From contig CAVXTP010000017.1 in the NCBI GenBank assembly GCA_963764715.1, positions 32,001 to 96,000 of the forward strand: a DNA stretch of 64,000 bases, in the 5' to 3' direction. This DNA is from an uncultured Acidobacteriota bacterium (lineage in GTDB: Bacteria > Acidobacteriota > Thermoanaerobaculia > UBA5066 > Gp7-AA6). Positions within the stretch are counted from its first letter, which is position 1. Each line of letters starts with the position of its first letter. The position numbers and the translations under genes were made by a program. Of this stretch, positions 42,391-53,133 are shown in pieces. The notes under the pieces are model-generated. The model worked only from the letters and a program-made list of their open reading frames with translations. It was not told the DNA's origin and ran no database searches.

Positions 42391-43402
42391 GCCGCGTCCT
42401 CGTCCTCGGGCCCCCGGAGGGGCCGCCCGGAGTCGCGCCCGAATCGGTCCTCCTCGGACTGCCGATCGTGCGGCGGACGGCCCTCGCGGCCCGGCGCGCC
42501 GGCTTCGAGGAGATCGCGGTGATCGAGCCGCCGCTTCCCGTCCTCGCCGCCCTCGTGGGCACCGACACCGAGGCGCTCGCCGAGGCGCCGCCCGACGCCG
42601 TGCGGATGGACTGGAACCGCGTCGTCGCGGTCCGCGACCTCGAGGCGATCCGCGACGGCGCGGCGCCCGCGTCGGTCGGCGTCGCGGTCGATTCCCCGGC
42701 CGATTTCCGGCGCGCCGAAGACCACCTGCTCGCGAGCCTCGTCAAGGACACCGAGGGATTCATGTCGCGCCACGTCGAGCGCAAGATCTCGCTCGCGGTC
42801 AGCCGGCGCCTCGCCGCGACGACGGTCACGCCGAACGCCATGACGCTTCTCTCGGTCTCGATCGGCCTCTTCGGGGCGACCTTCTTTCTCGACAGCACGG
42901 CGGCGAGCCAGACCGCGGGGGCCCTCCTCTTCCTGCTCCATTCGATCCTCGACGGCTGCGACGGCGAGCTCGCGCGACTGAAGTTCCAGGAGTCGCGCTC
43001 CGGCGGCCTGCTCGACTTCTGGGGAGACAACATCGTGCACGTCGCGGTCTTCGCGGCGATCGCGGCCGGCTGGAGCCGCGCGGTCGGCGCCGCGTGGCCG
43101 CTCGCGTTCGGCGCCCTCGCGGTCGGGGGCGCGCTCGCGTCCGCCTTCCTGGTCTACTCCCGCACGATGGCGGCGCCCCGCGAGGGGCCGCTCTACACCT
43201 CGGTCGCGACGGCCGCCGAGACTCGGCTTTCACGCGCTGCCGACGCCCTCTCACGGCGCGACTTCATCTACCTCGTTCTGATACTGTCCGCCTTCGGCAA
43301 GGCTGCCTGGTTCCTCGTTCTCACGGCCGTCGGAGCGCCGGTTTACTTTCTCGTGCTGACGGCGATCGCGCTGGCCGAAAGACGCCGCCCAAGGAGTGCC
43401 TG

Positions 43403-43403
<1 letters not shown>
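42387..43403 (+). CDS. CDP-alcohol phosphotransferase (copy 2)
   Basis: TPNAMT, HSILDGCDGELARLKFQESRSGGLLDFWGD; paralog of 28275-29519. Confidence 0.9.
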
Positions 43404-44752
<1,349 letters not shown>

Positions 44753-44770
44753 TTCGACTCCTTGGGCCGA

Positions 44771-44853
44771 GGGCGGCCGCCAGGGCCGCCCCTACTCTTG
44801 AGGTGGCGGATGTTAAGCCCGGGCAGAGTAGGGGCGGGGCTTGTCCCCGCCCT
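44771..44853. repeat. Family B REP pair
   Basis: gggcggccgccagggccgcccctac ... gtaggggcggggcttgtccccgccct. Confidence 0.85.
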
Positions 44854-44879
44854 CTGACAGGCACAAACTCTCCCGCTGC

Positions 44880-45962
44880 GTGACCCTCCGCCGCATCCTG
44901 CACGTCGACATGGACGCGTTCTACGCGTCCGTCGAACAGCGCGACGATCCGTCGTTGAAGGGCCGGCCGGTCGCGGTGGGCGGTTCTCCGGAGAGCCGCG
45001 GGGTGGTCGCGGCGGCGAGCTACGAGGCGCGCAAGTTCGGCGTGCGTTCCGCCATCCCGATGGCCCGGGCCGTGCGGCTGTGCCCGGAGCTGACGATCCT
45101 GCGCCCGGACTTCAAGAAGTACGCGGCCGTCTCCGAGCAGGTCTTCGGCATCTTCCGCAGCGTGACGCCGCTCGTCGAGCCGCTCTCGCTCGACGAGGCG
45201 TATCTCGACGTCACGGAGAACTCCCTCGGCCTGCCGCTCGGCGTCGAGGTGGCGCGGCACCTCAAGCGGCGGATCCACGAGGAGACCCGCCTGACCGCCT
45301 CGGCCGGGGTCGCGCCGAACAAGTTCCTCGCCAAGATCGCCTCGGGCTGGAAGAAGCCGGACGGCCTGACCGTGATCGCGCCGGAGCGCGTCGAGCGGTT
45401 CCTCCAGGAGCTCCCGGTCGACGCCCTCTGGGGCGTCGGTCCCGTGACGGCCGGCCGGCTCCGGGCCGCCGGGATCCACCGTCTCGTCGACGTGCGCACC
45501 GCGCCGGCCGACGTGCTCCAGCGGGCCGTCGGAAGCTGGGCGGAGTCGCTCCGCCGCCTTTCCTTCGGCGAGGACGACCGGACGGTGGAGCCCAACCGGG
45601 AGCGCAAGTCGATCGGCTGCGAGGAGACGTACGCGAAGGACCTCCAGGACCTCGCGGCGATCGCGGGCGAGGTCGAGCGGCTGGCCCGCCGCACCGCCTC
45701 GATCCTCGAACGCAAGGCGCTCTTCGCGCGCACGGTGACGCTCAAGCTGCGATACGCCGACTTCACGACGATCACCCGGAGCGGCACGCAGGACCCCGCC
45801 TCGCGCGACGCCGACGGGATCGCCGCAAGGGCGGCCGCGCTGCTGGCGAAAACCGAGGCGGGAACCCGCCCGGTCCGCCTGCTCGGCGTCTCCGTCCACG
45901 GTCTCGCCTCCGAGCCCACCCCCGATGACGCCGAGCCGGACGATCTCCTGCCGCTCTCGTGA
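44880..45962 (+). CDS. dinB: DNA polymerase IV
   Basis: HVDMDAFYASVE, ASYEARKFGVRSA, SLDEAYLD, NKFLAKIAS..KPDG, VRLLGV. Confidence 0.96.
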   Translation: MTLRRILHVDMDAFYASVEQRDDPSLKGRPVAVGGSPESRGVVAAASYEARKFGVRSAIPMARAVRLCPELTILRPDFKKYAAVSEQVFGIFRSVTPLVEPLSLDEAYLDVTENSLGLPLGVEVARHLKRRIHEETRLTASAGVAPNKFLAKIASGWKKPDGLTVIAPERVERFLQELPVDALWGVGPVTAGRLRAAGIHRLVDVRTAPADVLQRAVGSWAESLRRLSFGEDDRTVEPNRERKSIGCEETYAKDLQDLAAIAGEVERLARRTASILERKALFARTVTLKLRYADFTTITRSGTQDPASRDADGIAARAAALLAKTEAGTRPVRLLGVSVHGLASEPTPDDAEPDDLLPLS

Positions 45963-45984
45963 CTGCGCTCGCGGCGCGGCCCCG

Positions 45985-46147
45985 AGGGCGGCCGCAAGCC
46001 GGCCACCGGAGGCAGGCCCCCGACCGTAGGCAACGCCGGCCGTAGGCCGGCGGTAACCCAGGGCCGCCCCTACGACGGGGTTCAATACGGGAGTTCAAGA
46101 TGTCGCGGGATCGCTCTGGTCGTAGGGGCGGGGCTCGTCCCCGCCCT
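45985..46147. repeat. Family B REP cluster (partly degenerate)
   Basis: cagggccgcccctac near 46059-46073 and gtaggggcggggctcgtccccgccct at 46122-46147. Confidence 0.75.
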
Positions 46148-47027
46148 ACTTCCCTGTCGTAATTCCTTTTCGAATGGAGGCGAGCGGCGCGGCGTCGTCG
46201 TAGACGGTCCGGCGGCCGTCCGCCGAGACGCCGAGCTCCTTCCACAGGGCCTCGAGGTCCACTCTGGTCGCCGCCTTTCCGAGCTTCGCGTAGAGCTCCG
46301 ACAGGACCGGCACCCCCGTGGCGCGGTCGCCCGCCGCGAGGGCGCGCTCGATCGGCCACGAGACCGTGACGTTGCCCCCGGCCCTCACGATCCCGCGGAG
46401 CGCGTCGTCGAGCGATTTCCGGTTCCCCGTCCGCCTGCGGATCTCGACGTCGGCGAGAAAGCAGAAGGCGGCGCCTCCCCAGTACGTCGAGCCCCAGCTC
46501 CGGGCCTCGTCGAGGCCCGTGCTCCCGATCCCCTCGATCCCCTTCGGCAGGCCCCACAAGAGCCAGCGCCAGATCTCGTCCGGAGCGATGAGTCCCGCGC
46601 GGGCGCGGGCGAGCGGCTCGACGTACGTCGCGAGCCCTTCCTCGATCCACTCGTGGCCCGTCATCGAGGGAAAGGCGAGGTGCACCATCTCGTGGACGAG
46701 CACCCAGCTCGTCGCGAGGTCCTCGGCCGTGGTGTCTTCGCCGGCGGTGATCACGATCGCGGCCCGCCCCCGGTCGCCGAACGTGCGGCCCCCGGCGATC
46801 CCCCCGGCGCGGCCGGTGCGGATCGTCAGGTCGACGCTCTCGACCGGGAACCCGCCGTAGTACACCGCCACGGCGCGAGCGGCTTTCCCGACCCACGCGA
46901 GCAGGTCGGCGCGCGACGGCGAGTCGCCGGCGCCCGCGAACGACACCTCGATCGTTCCGCCGGGAACCTCGATTCGGGAATCCGCCGGGGTCGCGAGCAA
47001 GGCCGCCGCGAGCGCCAGGGAAAGGAT
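46146..47027 (-). CDS. Exported HExxH zincin-like protein (start uncertain)
   Basis: HEMVH...WIEEGLATY, YWGGA; hydrophobic ILSLALAAALLA lies in frame upstream of the TTG at 47000. Confidence 0.7.
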   Translation of the reverse strand: MLSLALAAALLATPADSRIEVPGGTIEVSFAGAGDSPSRADLLAWVGKAARAVAVYYGGFPVESVDLTIRTGRAGGIAGGRTFGDRGRAAIVITAGEDTTAEDLATSWVLVHEMVHLAFPSMTGHEWIEEGLATYVEPLARARAGLIAPDEIWRWLLWGLPKGIEGIGSTGLDEARSWGSTYWGGAAFCFLADVEIRRRTGNRKSLDDALRGIVRAGGNVTVSWPIERALAAGDRATGVPVLSELYAKLGKAATRVDLEALWKELGVSADGRRTVYDDAAPLASIRKGITTGK

Positions 47028-47040
47028 CGCCGAGGGCCTT

Positions 47041-48381
47041 CTAGCGCTTGTCCATCGGCTTGAACGGCCGCTCGCCCGGACCGAGGTACACCTGCCGCGG
47101 CCGCGCGATCTTCTCCTCCGGGTCCTCGAGGAGCTCCCCCCACTGCGCGAGCCAGCCGGAGGTGCGCGGGATCGCGAAGAGGACCGTGAAGGCCGCCGTC
47201 GGCAGGCCGATCGCCTGGTAGATCAGGCCCGAGTAGAAGTCGACGTTGGGATAGAGCTTGCGCTTGACGAAGTACTCGTCCTGGAGGGCGATGCGCTCGA
47301 GCTCGAGCGCGATGTCGAGGAGCGGGTTGCGTCCCGTGACCTCGAAGACCTCCTCGGCCATCTTCTTGATGATCTTGGCGCGCGGGTCGAAGTTCTTGTA
47401 GACGCGGTGCCCGAACCCCATCAGCCGCTTCTCGCCCTTGCCTTCCTTGACTTCTTTGATGAACCCCGGCACCCGCGAAGTCGAACCGATCTCCGCCAGC
47501 ATCTTCAGAACTTCCTCGTTGGCCCCGCCGTGGAGCGGCCCGTAGAGGGCCGCGGCCGCGCCCGCGAGCGCCGAGTAGGGGTCCGTGTGCGCCGAGCCGA
47601 TCCCGCGCATGGCGTTGGTGCCGCAGTTCTGCTCGTGGTCCGCGTGGAGGATGAAGAGGACGTCGAGCGCGCGCACCAGTGTCGGGTTCGGCTTGTAGTT
47701 CTCGGCGGGCGTCTTGAAGAGCATCGTGAGGAAGTTCGAGGTGTAGTCCAGGTCGTTCGAGGGGTAGACGTAGGGCATCCCCATCGAGTGCTTGTAGGCG
47801 AACGCCGCGATCGTCGGCATCTTGGCGATCAGGCGGTGGACCTGCTTGGTCCGCACGGCCGGGTCGTGGACCTCGCGCCCTTCGGGGTAGAAGGTCGACA
47901 TCGCGGCGACCGTCGCGATCAGCATCCCCATCGGGTGCGCGTCGTAGTTAAACGCGTCCATGACCTTCTTCAGGCTCTCGTGGATCATCGTGTGGTACGT
48001 GATCGCGTGGACCCACTCGTCGTACTGCTTGCGGTTCGGCAGCTCGCCGTAGAGGAGCAGGTACGCGACCTCGAGGTAGGTGCACTTCTCGGCCAGCACC
48101 TCGATCGGGTAGCCGCGGTACTGCAGGATTCCCTTGTCGCCGTCGATGAAGGTGATGCGGCTCGTGCACGAGGCCGTGTTCAGGAACGCGGGGTCGTAGG
48201 CCATCAGGCCGAAGTCCTCGGGCCCGGTCTTGATCTGCCGCAGGTCCATCGCCTTGATCGTGCCGTTCTTTATCGGGACCTCGTAGACGCGCCCGGTTCG
48301 CTCGTCTTTGATCGTCAGCGCGTCCTTGCGCGTGCCGGCGGTCGACATCGTCTCTTCCTTCGCCGTTTCCACGGTGGCCAT
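47041..48381 (-). CDS. gltA: Citrate synthase
   Basis: YRGYPIE, LHADHEQN, GPLHGGANE, LMGFGHRVYKN.DPRA, YPNVDFYSG. Confidence 0.97.
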   Translation of the reverse strand: MATVETAKEETMSTAGTRKDALTIKDERTGRVYEVPIKNGTIKAMDLRQIKTGPEDFGLMAYDPAFLNTASCTSRITFIDGDKGILQYRGYPIEVLAEKCTYLEVAYLLLYGELPNRKQYDEWVHAITYHTMIHESLKKVMDAFNYDAHPMGMLIATVAAMSTFYPEGREVHDPAVRTKQVHRLIAKMPTIAAFAYKHSMGMPYVYPSNDLDYTSNFLTMLFKTPAENYKPNPTLVRALDVLFILHADHEQNCGTNAMRGIGSAHTDPYSALAGAAAALYGPLHGGANEEVLKMLAEIGSTSRVPGFIKEVKEGKGEKRLMGFGHRVYKNFDPRAKIIKKMAEEVFEVTGRNPLLDIALELERIALQDEYFVKRKLYPNVDFYSGLIYQAIGLPTAAFTVLFAIPRTSGWLAQWGELLEDPEEKIARPRQVYLGPGERPFKPMDKR

Positions 48382-48427
48382 GAGAACCTCCGAGTCTTAT
48401 TCTCTAACGAAAGCCTGCAACGCGTGC

Positions 48428-49768
48428 CTATGTCCGGCTCAGGCCCCGATCGAGGTGCTCGATCAGGACGTCGGGGCCTTCGAGCCCCACCGACAGCCGG
48501 ATCAGCCCCGGGGTGATCCCCCGGGCGAGGCGGTCGGCCTCGGGCACGGCCGAGTGGGTCATCGACGCCGGGTGCTGGATGTACGAGATCGCGGAGCCGA
48601 GGCTCACGGCGAGCTCCATCGGGGTGTCCCGGCGGGCGAAGTAGTTCATCAGACGCTCCCCGGCGGGGGCTCCCCCGGCGAGGTCGAAGCTGATGACCCC
48701 GCCGCCGCGGCGCATCTGCCGGCGGGCGAGATCGGCCTGCGGGAAATCCGGGAACCCGGGGTAGTGGACGTGGGCGACTTCCGGGTGGCCGCGCAGGAAC
48801 CCCGCGATGAGCGCGGCGCTCCGGCACTGCTCCTTCTGTCGCACGGCCAGGCTCTGCACGGTCATGGAGTTCAGCCAGGAGTCGAACGGCGAGGGGGTCG
48901 CCCCCAGATCCTTGTACCAGTTGAAGAGGCCTTCCTTCATGAACCGGAACGGGCCGAGCACCGCCCCGCCGACCGACGTCGAATGCCCGTTGACGTACTT
49001 GGTCAGCGAGTGCAGCACGAAGTCCGCGCCGAGGCGGAAGGGCTGCTGGAGGTAGGGCGAACAGAACGTGTTGTCGACGGCGAGCAGGATGCCGCGCTCC
49101 TCGGTCAGGCGCGAGATGCGCTCGATGTCGGCCAGGCGCAGCGTCGGGTTCTCGGGGCTCTCGAGGAAGACGAGCGCGACGTTCGGGTGCTCGTCGAGGG
49201 CGGCTTCGACGGCCGCGAGGTTTCCCATGTCGCAGAAGACGGAGCCCACGCCGAACTTGGCCATTCCGCGGAGCAGGCTGTCCGTGCAGCCGTAGACGTT
49301 GCCCGCGAGGACCGTGTCGCCGGCGCTCAAGACCGAGGCGAAGAGCGCGGAGACGGCGCCCATGCCGGAGGAAAAGATGAGGGTGCCGATCGTCGGCTCG
49401 AGCTCGTCCGCGGCCAGGGCCTTCTCGACGACGTGGTGGGCCTCGAGCTGGAAGAGGACGCGCTCGAGGTACTCGGTCGTCGGGTTGCCGAGGCGCGTGT
49501 AGATCCGGGCGTAGGGCCGCTCACCCCCCCGGGTCAGCCCGAGGAAGCGGTCGGCGCCGTCCCGCACGCTGCGGAAGGCGAAGTTGGACCGCTGGTGGAT
49601 CGGGGGCAGGCCGGTGCCCGCCGCGAGGGCGCGGAACACTCCCTCGGAAAGCTGCCGCTCTTCGTCCCGCACCCACCGGGTCTTCCGGTCTATCCACCAG
49701 TCCCACCAGGGCCAGCGACCGGCTCCCAGGGCCGAGACCAGACCGGGGCGCACCGTCTGGGTTTCCAT
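48428..49768 (-). CDS. Methionine gamma-lyase-like trans-sulfuration PLP enzyme
   Basis: YTRLGNPT, SSGMGA, YGCT (Cys typical of MGL), ESPENP, VDNTF, HSLTKY, VSLG, HPASMTH, RLSVGLE. Confidence 0.85.
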   Translation of the reverse strand: METQTVRPGLVSALGAGRWPWWDWWIDRKTRWVRDEERQLSEGVFRALAAGTGLPPIHQRSNFAFRSVRDGADRFLGLTRGGERPYARIYTRLGNPTTEYLERVLFQLEAHHVVEKALAADELEPTIGTLIFSSGMGAVSALFASVLSAGDTVLAGNVYGCTDSLLRGMAKFGVGSVFCDMGNLAAVEAALDEHPNVALVFLESPENPTLRLADIERISRLTEERGILLAVDNTFCSPYLQQPFRLGADFVLHSLTKYVNGHSTSVGGAVLGPFRFMKEGLFNWYKDLGATPSPFDSWLNSMTVQSLAVRQKEQCRSAALIAGFLRGHPEVAHVHYPGFPDFPQADLARRQMRRGGGVISFDLAGGAPAGERLMNYFARRDTPMELAVSLGSAISYIQHPASMTHSAVPEADRLARGITPGLIRLSVGLEGPDVLIEHLDRGLSRT

Positions 49769-49801
49769 GAGAATGGAATACCCCAGGACGATGAGGCCGG
49801 G

Positions 49802-49819
49802 ACGATGCGTTTGCATCAA
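49802..49819. promoter_or_regulatory. Operator candidate TTGATGC-AAAC-GCATCGT (read on the minus strand)
   Basis: Matches the 9430-9447 palindrome at 15 of 18 positions; ends 33 nt before the MGL ATG. Confidence 0.55.
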
Positions 49820-49871
49820 GTTCGGGCGGAACCTCTCCCGGACGGGCGCGTCTCCCCGCCGGGAGGCCGAC

Positions 49872-50912
49872 ATGCGCCGGTTCCTTTCGCGTCTTGCCGC
49901 CGGGGCCCTGCTGGCCGCGGCCGCGACAGCCGCCCCGGGCCTTCGCCCGGACCCCCCCGCCCCGCCTCCGGGAGTCCCGGCCGAGGACCGGATCCGGCTC
50001 GCCGAGGCCTTTCGGCTGGCCGACCACGTCGGGGACCGGATCTGGCCGGGCTGGAGCCGCGTCCCGTTCGCCGTGCTCCTCGTCACCGGCGAGACCGAGT
50101 ACTTCGTCCGCCACGCAAGGCCTCCCGCGGACGCCCGGCCGATCGGAAGGGACCCCCTGCTCGGCTCCGAGATCTATGCCCGCCCGAGGAGCCTCCCGAC
50201 GAATCTGCTCGCGACCTTCCCGATCGAGGGCATCTCGACCGTCGTCGTCGGACAGGCCTCGAACACCGCGGCGGGCTCGCCGACCGACTGGGTCGTGACG
50301 CTCCTCCACGAGCACTTTCATCAGCTCCAGGACGCGCAGCCGGGATTCACCGAAAAAGTCGCCGCGCTCGGCCTCGCGCGCGGCGACGCGACGGGGATGT
50401 GGATGCTGAACTTTCCGTTCCCCTACGATTCGAAGCCCGTCGGCGAGGCCTACCGCGCGGCCGCCTCGGCGCTGCGCGAGGCCGTCGCCGGCGCCGATCC
50501 TGCGGCCTTCCTGGCCGCGCGGGCGAGGCTGCGCGCGACGCTCGCGCCGGACGACCTTCGGTACTTCGACTTCCAGCTCTGGAAGGAGGGCGTGGCGCGG
50601 TACACGCAGGTGCGCGTGGCGCGCTTCGCGGCCTCCGGGTACGCGCCGCTTCCCGACTTCGCGGCCCTGCCCGGGTTCGTGACGTACGCGGCCCTCGCGC
50701 AATCGCTCGCCGGCGCGATCTCGACCGAGCTTTCCGAGCTCTCGCTGACCGAGGCGCGGCGCGTCGTCGTCTACCCGCTCGGCGCGGGCGAGGCGTTCCT
50801 GCTCGACCGCGAGCGGCCGTGCTGGCGGGAAGAATATTTTTCCAGGATGTTCACGCTGGCGCCCGCCTTCGATCGAAAGGATTGCGGGAAGGGGACGGCC
50901 GCGAGAGGATAG
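49872..50912 (+). CDS. Exported HExxH protein
   Basis: GGAGG RBS, signal peptide, LLHEHFHQLQ, KEGVARY. Confidence 0.7.
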   Translation: MRRFLSRLAAGALLAAAATAAPGLRPDPPAPPPGVPAEDRIRLAEAFRLADHVGDRIWPGWSRVPFAVLLVTGETEYFVRHARPPADARPIGRDPLLGSEIYARPRSLPTNLLATFPIEGISTVVVGQASNTAAGSPTDWVVTLLHEHFHQLQDAQPGFTEKVAALGLARGDATGMWMLNFPFPYDSKPVGEAYRAAASALREAVAGADPAAFLAARARLRATLAPDDLRYFDFQLWKEGVARYTQVRVARFAASGYAPLPDFAALPGFVTYAALAQSLAGAISTELSELSLTEARRVVVYPLGAGEAFLLDRERPCWREEYFSRMFTLAPAFDRKDCGKGTAARG

Positions 50913-50917
50913 CGGCC

Positions 50918-51388
50918 ATGACGACACCGGCCGCGAGCCTCCAGGACACTTACGCGCCCCAGAACCGCTGCTTCGGTTGCGGGCCCGCCAACGAGAAGGG
51001 CCTCCGCATCAAGAGCTTCGTCGAGGGTGACACGGTCGTGGCCGAGTGGCGGCCGCAGCCCCATCACCTCGCCTTCGAGGGCGTGCTGAACGGCGGAATC
51101 TGCGGGGCGCTCCTCGACTGCCACAGCAACTGGGCGGCGACGTACCATCTGATGAAGCAGTCCGGCAGCTCCACCCCGCCCTCCACGGTGACGGCGGATT
51201 TCCACGTGACGCTCAAGCGGCCCACGCCTCTGGACGTTCCCCTGAAGCTGACCGCGCGCGTGGTCGAGTCGACGGAGGACCGGGCCGTCGTCGAGGCGAC
51301 CATCGAGGCCAACGGCAAGGTCACGGCGACCTGCCGCGGGACCTTCGTGGCCGTCCAGCCGGGCCACCCCGCGTACCACCGGTGGTGA
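50918..51388 (+). CDS. PaaI-family thioesterase
   Basis: CFGCGPAN..GL, LNGGICGALLD hotdog-fold motif. Confidence 0.88.
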   Translation: MTTPAASLQDTYAPQNRCFGCGPANEKGLRIKSFVEGDTVVAEWRPQPHHLAFEGVLNGGICGALLDCHSNWAATYHLMKQSGSSTPPSTVTADFHVTLKRPTPLDVPLKLTARVVESTEDRAVVEATIEANGKVTATCRGTFVAVQPGHPAYHRW

Positions 51389-52134
51389 GCGCCAGGCTGT
51401 CCCGGCGCCTGGCGGCGCTCCTGCTCTGCGCCCTTCCGGCGGCCGCGCTGGCGGGCGCGACCGTCGAGAAACGCACCGTGACCTCGCGCGGGAAGAAGCG
51501 CACCTACTACCTGTATGTCCCCGACGGCCTCGCCGCCGACCGGAAGGCGCCCCTCCTCGTGACCGTCCACGGCTCTACGGCCGACGGCCGCTCGCTCGTC
51601 GAGCGCTGGAAGGAGATGGCCTCCGCGAAGGGAATCATCCTCGCCGGCCCCGACGCGACGGACAACGCGCGCTGGGCGTCGCCCCAGGACGGCCCGCTGT
51701 TCCTCAAGGACGTCGTCGACGACGTCTCCGCGAGCCACGCGGTCGACGGCCGCCGCATGTATCTCTTCGGCCAGTCCGCCGGGGCGGTCTTCGCCCTGCA
51801 GATGGCGGTCCTCGAATCCGAGTACTTCGCGGCCGCCGCCATCCACGCCGGGGCCATCAGCTCGGACTACTTCTCGATCTTCGACGCCGCGACCCGCAAG
51901 ATCCCGCTCGCGATCTACATCGGCACGCGCGACCAGTTCTTCCCGCTCGACGTCGTGCGGGCCACGAGCGAGGCCCTGAAGGCGCGCGACTTCCCCCTGC
52001 TCTACAAGGAGATCCCGGACCACCGGCACAGCTACGCCGAGGTGTCCGAAAAGATCAACCCCGAGATCTGGGAGTACTTCGAGAGCCACCCCCTCCCGGC
52101 CGACCCCCGCTACATCAACTACCGGGACCCCTGA
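51385..52134 (+). CDS. Exported alpha/beta hydrolase (PHB depolymerase/LpqC-like esterase)
   Basis: PLLVTVHG, GQSAG nucleophile elbow, IGTRD, H.Y. Confidence 0.82.
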   Translation: MSARLSRRLAALLLCALPAAALAGATVEKRTVTSRGKKRTYYLYVPDGLAADRKAPLLVTVHGSTADGRSLVERWKEMASAKGIILAGPDATDNARWASPQDGPLFLKDVVDDVSASHAVDGRRMYLFGQSAGAVFALQMAVLESEYFAAAAIHAGAISSDYFSIFDAATRKIPLAIYIGTRDQFFPLDVVRATSEALKARDFPLLYKEIPDHRHSYAEVSEKINPEIWEYFESHPLPADPRYINYRDP

Positions 52135-52188
52135 GCCGGGCCTGGCGGTAAGATCGGCCGCACGAACCCCGAAGTCGTCGCCGCCATC

Positions 52189-53133
52189 GTGAATCTCCGT
52201 GCGAAGGGCGTCCTCTCGGACGCGCAGGCGGAAGCGTTCGCCCCGGTCGCCCGCGGAGAACGCCTCTCCATTCGTGGTGAGCTGCGGCTCCTTCTCTACG
52301 GCGGCGTTCTGCTCCTCGCCGGAGGCATCGGCCTCTTCCTGAAGGAGAACCACGAGCGCCTCGGCCCGGCCCTCATCGCCGCGCTCGCCGGCGCGGCCGC
52401 CCTGGGCTGCTTTGCCTACGTCGTCCGACGCGCGCCCCCCTTCTCCTGGGGCCCGGTCGCGTCGCCCCACATCGCGGTCGACTACCTGCTGCTGCTCGCC
52501 ATGCTCGTCTTCGCCGCCGACCTCGCCTACGTCGAGACGCAGTTCCGGCTCCTCGGGCCGAACTGGCCCTATCACCTGCTCGTCGTCGCGATCGCTGGCT
52601 TCGCGGCGGCGTACCGCTTCGACTCGCGCGCCGTGCTGACCCTCGCGCTGACCTCGTTCGCGGCGTGGCGCGGGGTCTCGGTCGGAATGCCCTTCGCCGA
52701 CGGAGGGGCGGCGACCGGCTCGCCCGGCGCCGTCCGCGCCAACGCGATCGCCTGCGGGCTCCTCTACGTCGCGGCCGGAATCGTCTCCGTGCGATGGCGG
52801 CGCAAGGCCCACTTCGAGCCGGTCTGGGTGACGGGGGGCCTCGTCCTCGTCTTCGGCGCGCTGCTGTCCGGTGCGTGGGGGCACGGATCCGAGCCGTGGC
52901 CCCTCTGGGAGGCCGCGCTCTTCCTCCTCGCGGCCGTCGTCATGGCGATCGCCTACCGGCTCCGCCGGCCGCTCGACTTCGCGATCGCCCTCGCCGCCGT
53001 CTACCTCGGCGGCCTGCGCGCGCTCGAAGGCCTCATCTCGGGCCCCGACGACATGCTGATCGTCGCGGCCTGGAGCATCGGCGCGCTCGTCGTCCTCATC
53101 GCCGCGACACGGCGGCTGCGGAGAACGGAGTGA
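52189..53133 (+). CDS. DUF2157-like membrane protein
   Basis: Multi-TM; ELRLLLYGGVLL, AYRFDSRAVL. Confidence 0.7.
   Translation: MNLRAKGVLSDAQAEAFAPVARGERLSIRGELRLLLYGGVLLLAGGIGLFLKENHERLGPALIAALAGAAALGCFAYVVRRAPPFSWGPVASPHIAVDYLLLLAMLVFAADLAYVETQFRLLGPNWPYHLLVVAIAGFAAAYRFDSRAVLTLALTSFAAWRGVSVGMPFADGGAATGSPGAVRANAIACGLLYVAAGIVSVRWRRKAHFEPVWVTGGLVLVFGALLSGAWGHGSEPWPLWEAALFLLAAVVMAIAYRLRRPLDFAIALAAVYLGGLRALEGLISGPDDMLIVAAWSIGALVVLIAATRRLRRTE

Noticed and set aside
49769-49871. SAM riboswitch upstream of the Met-lyase gene
   Set aside because: No SAM-I or SAM-II consensus is recognisable and the region is a short divergent promoter.
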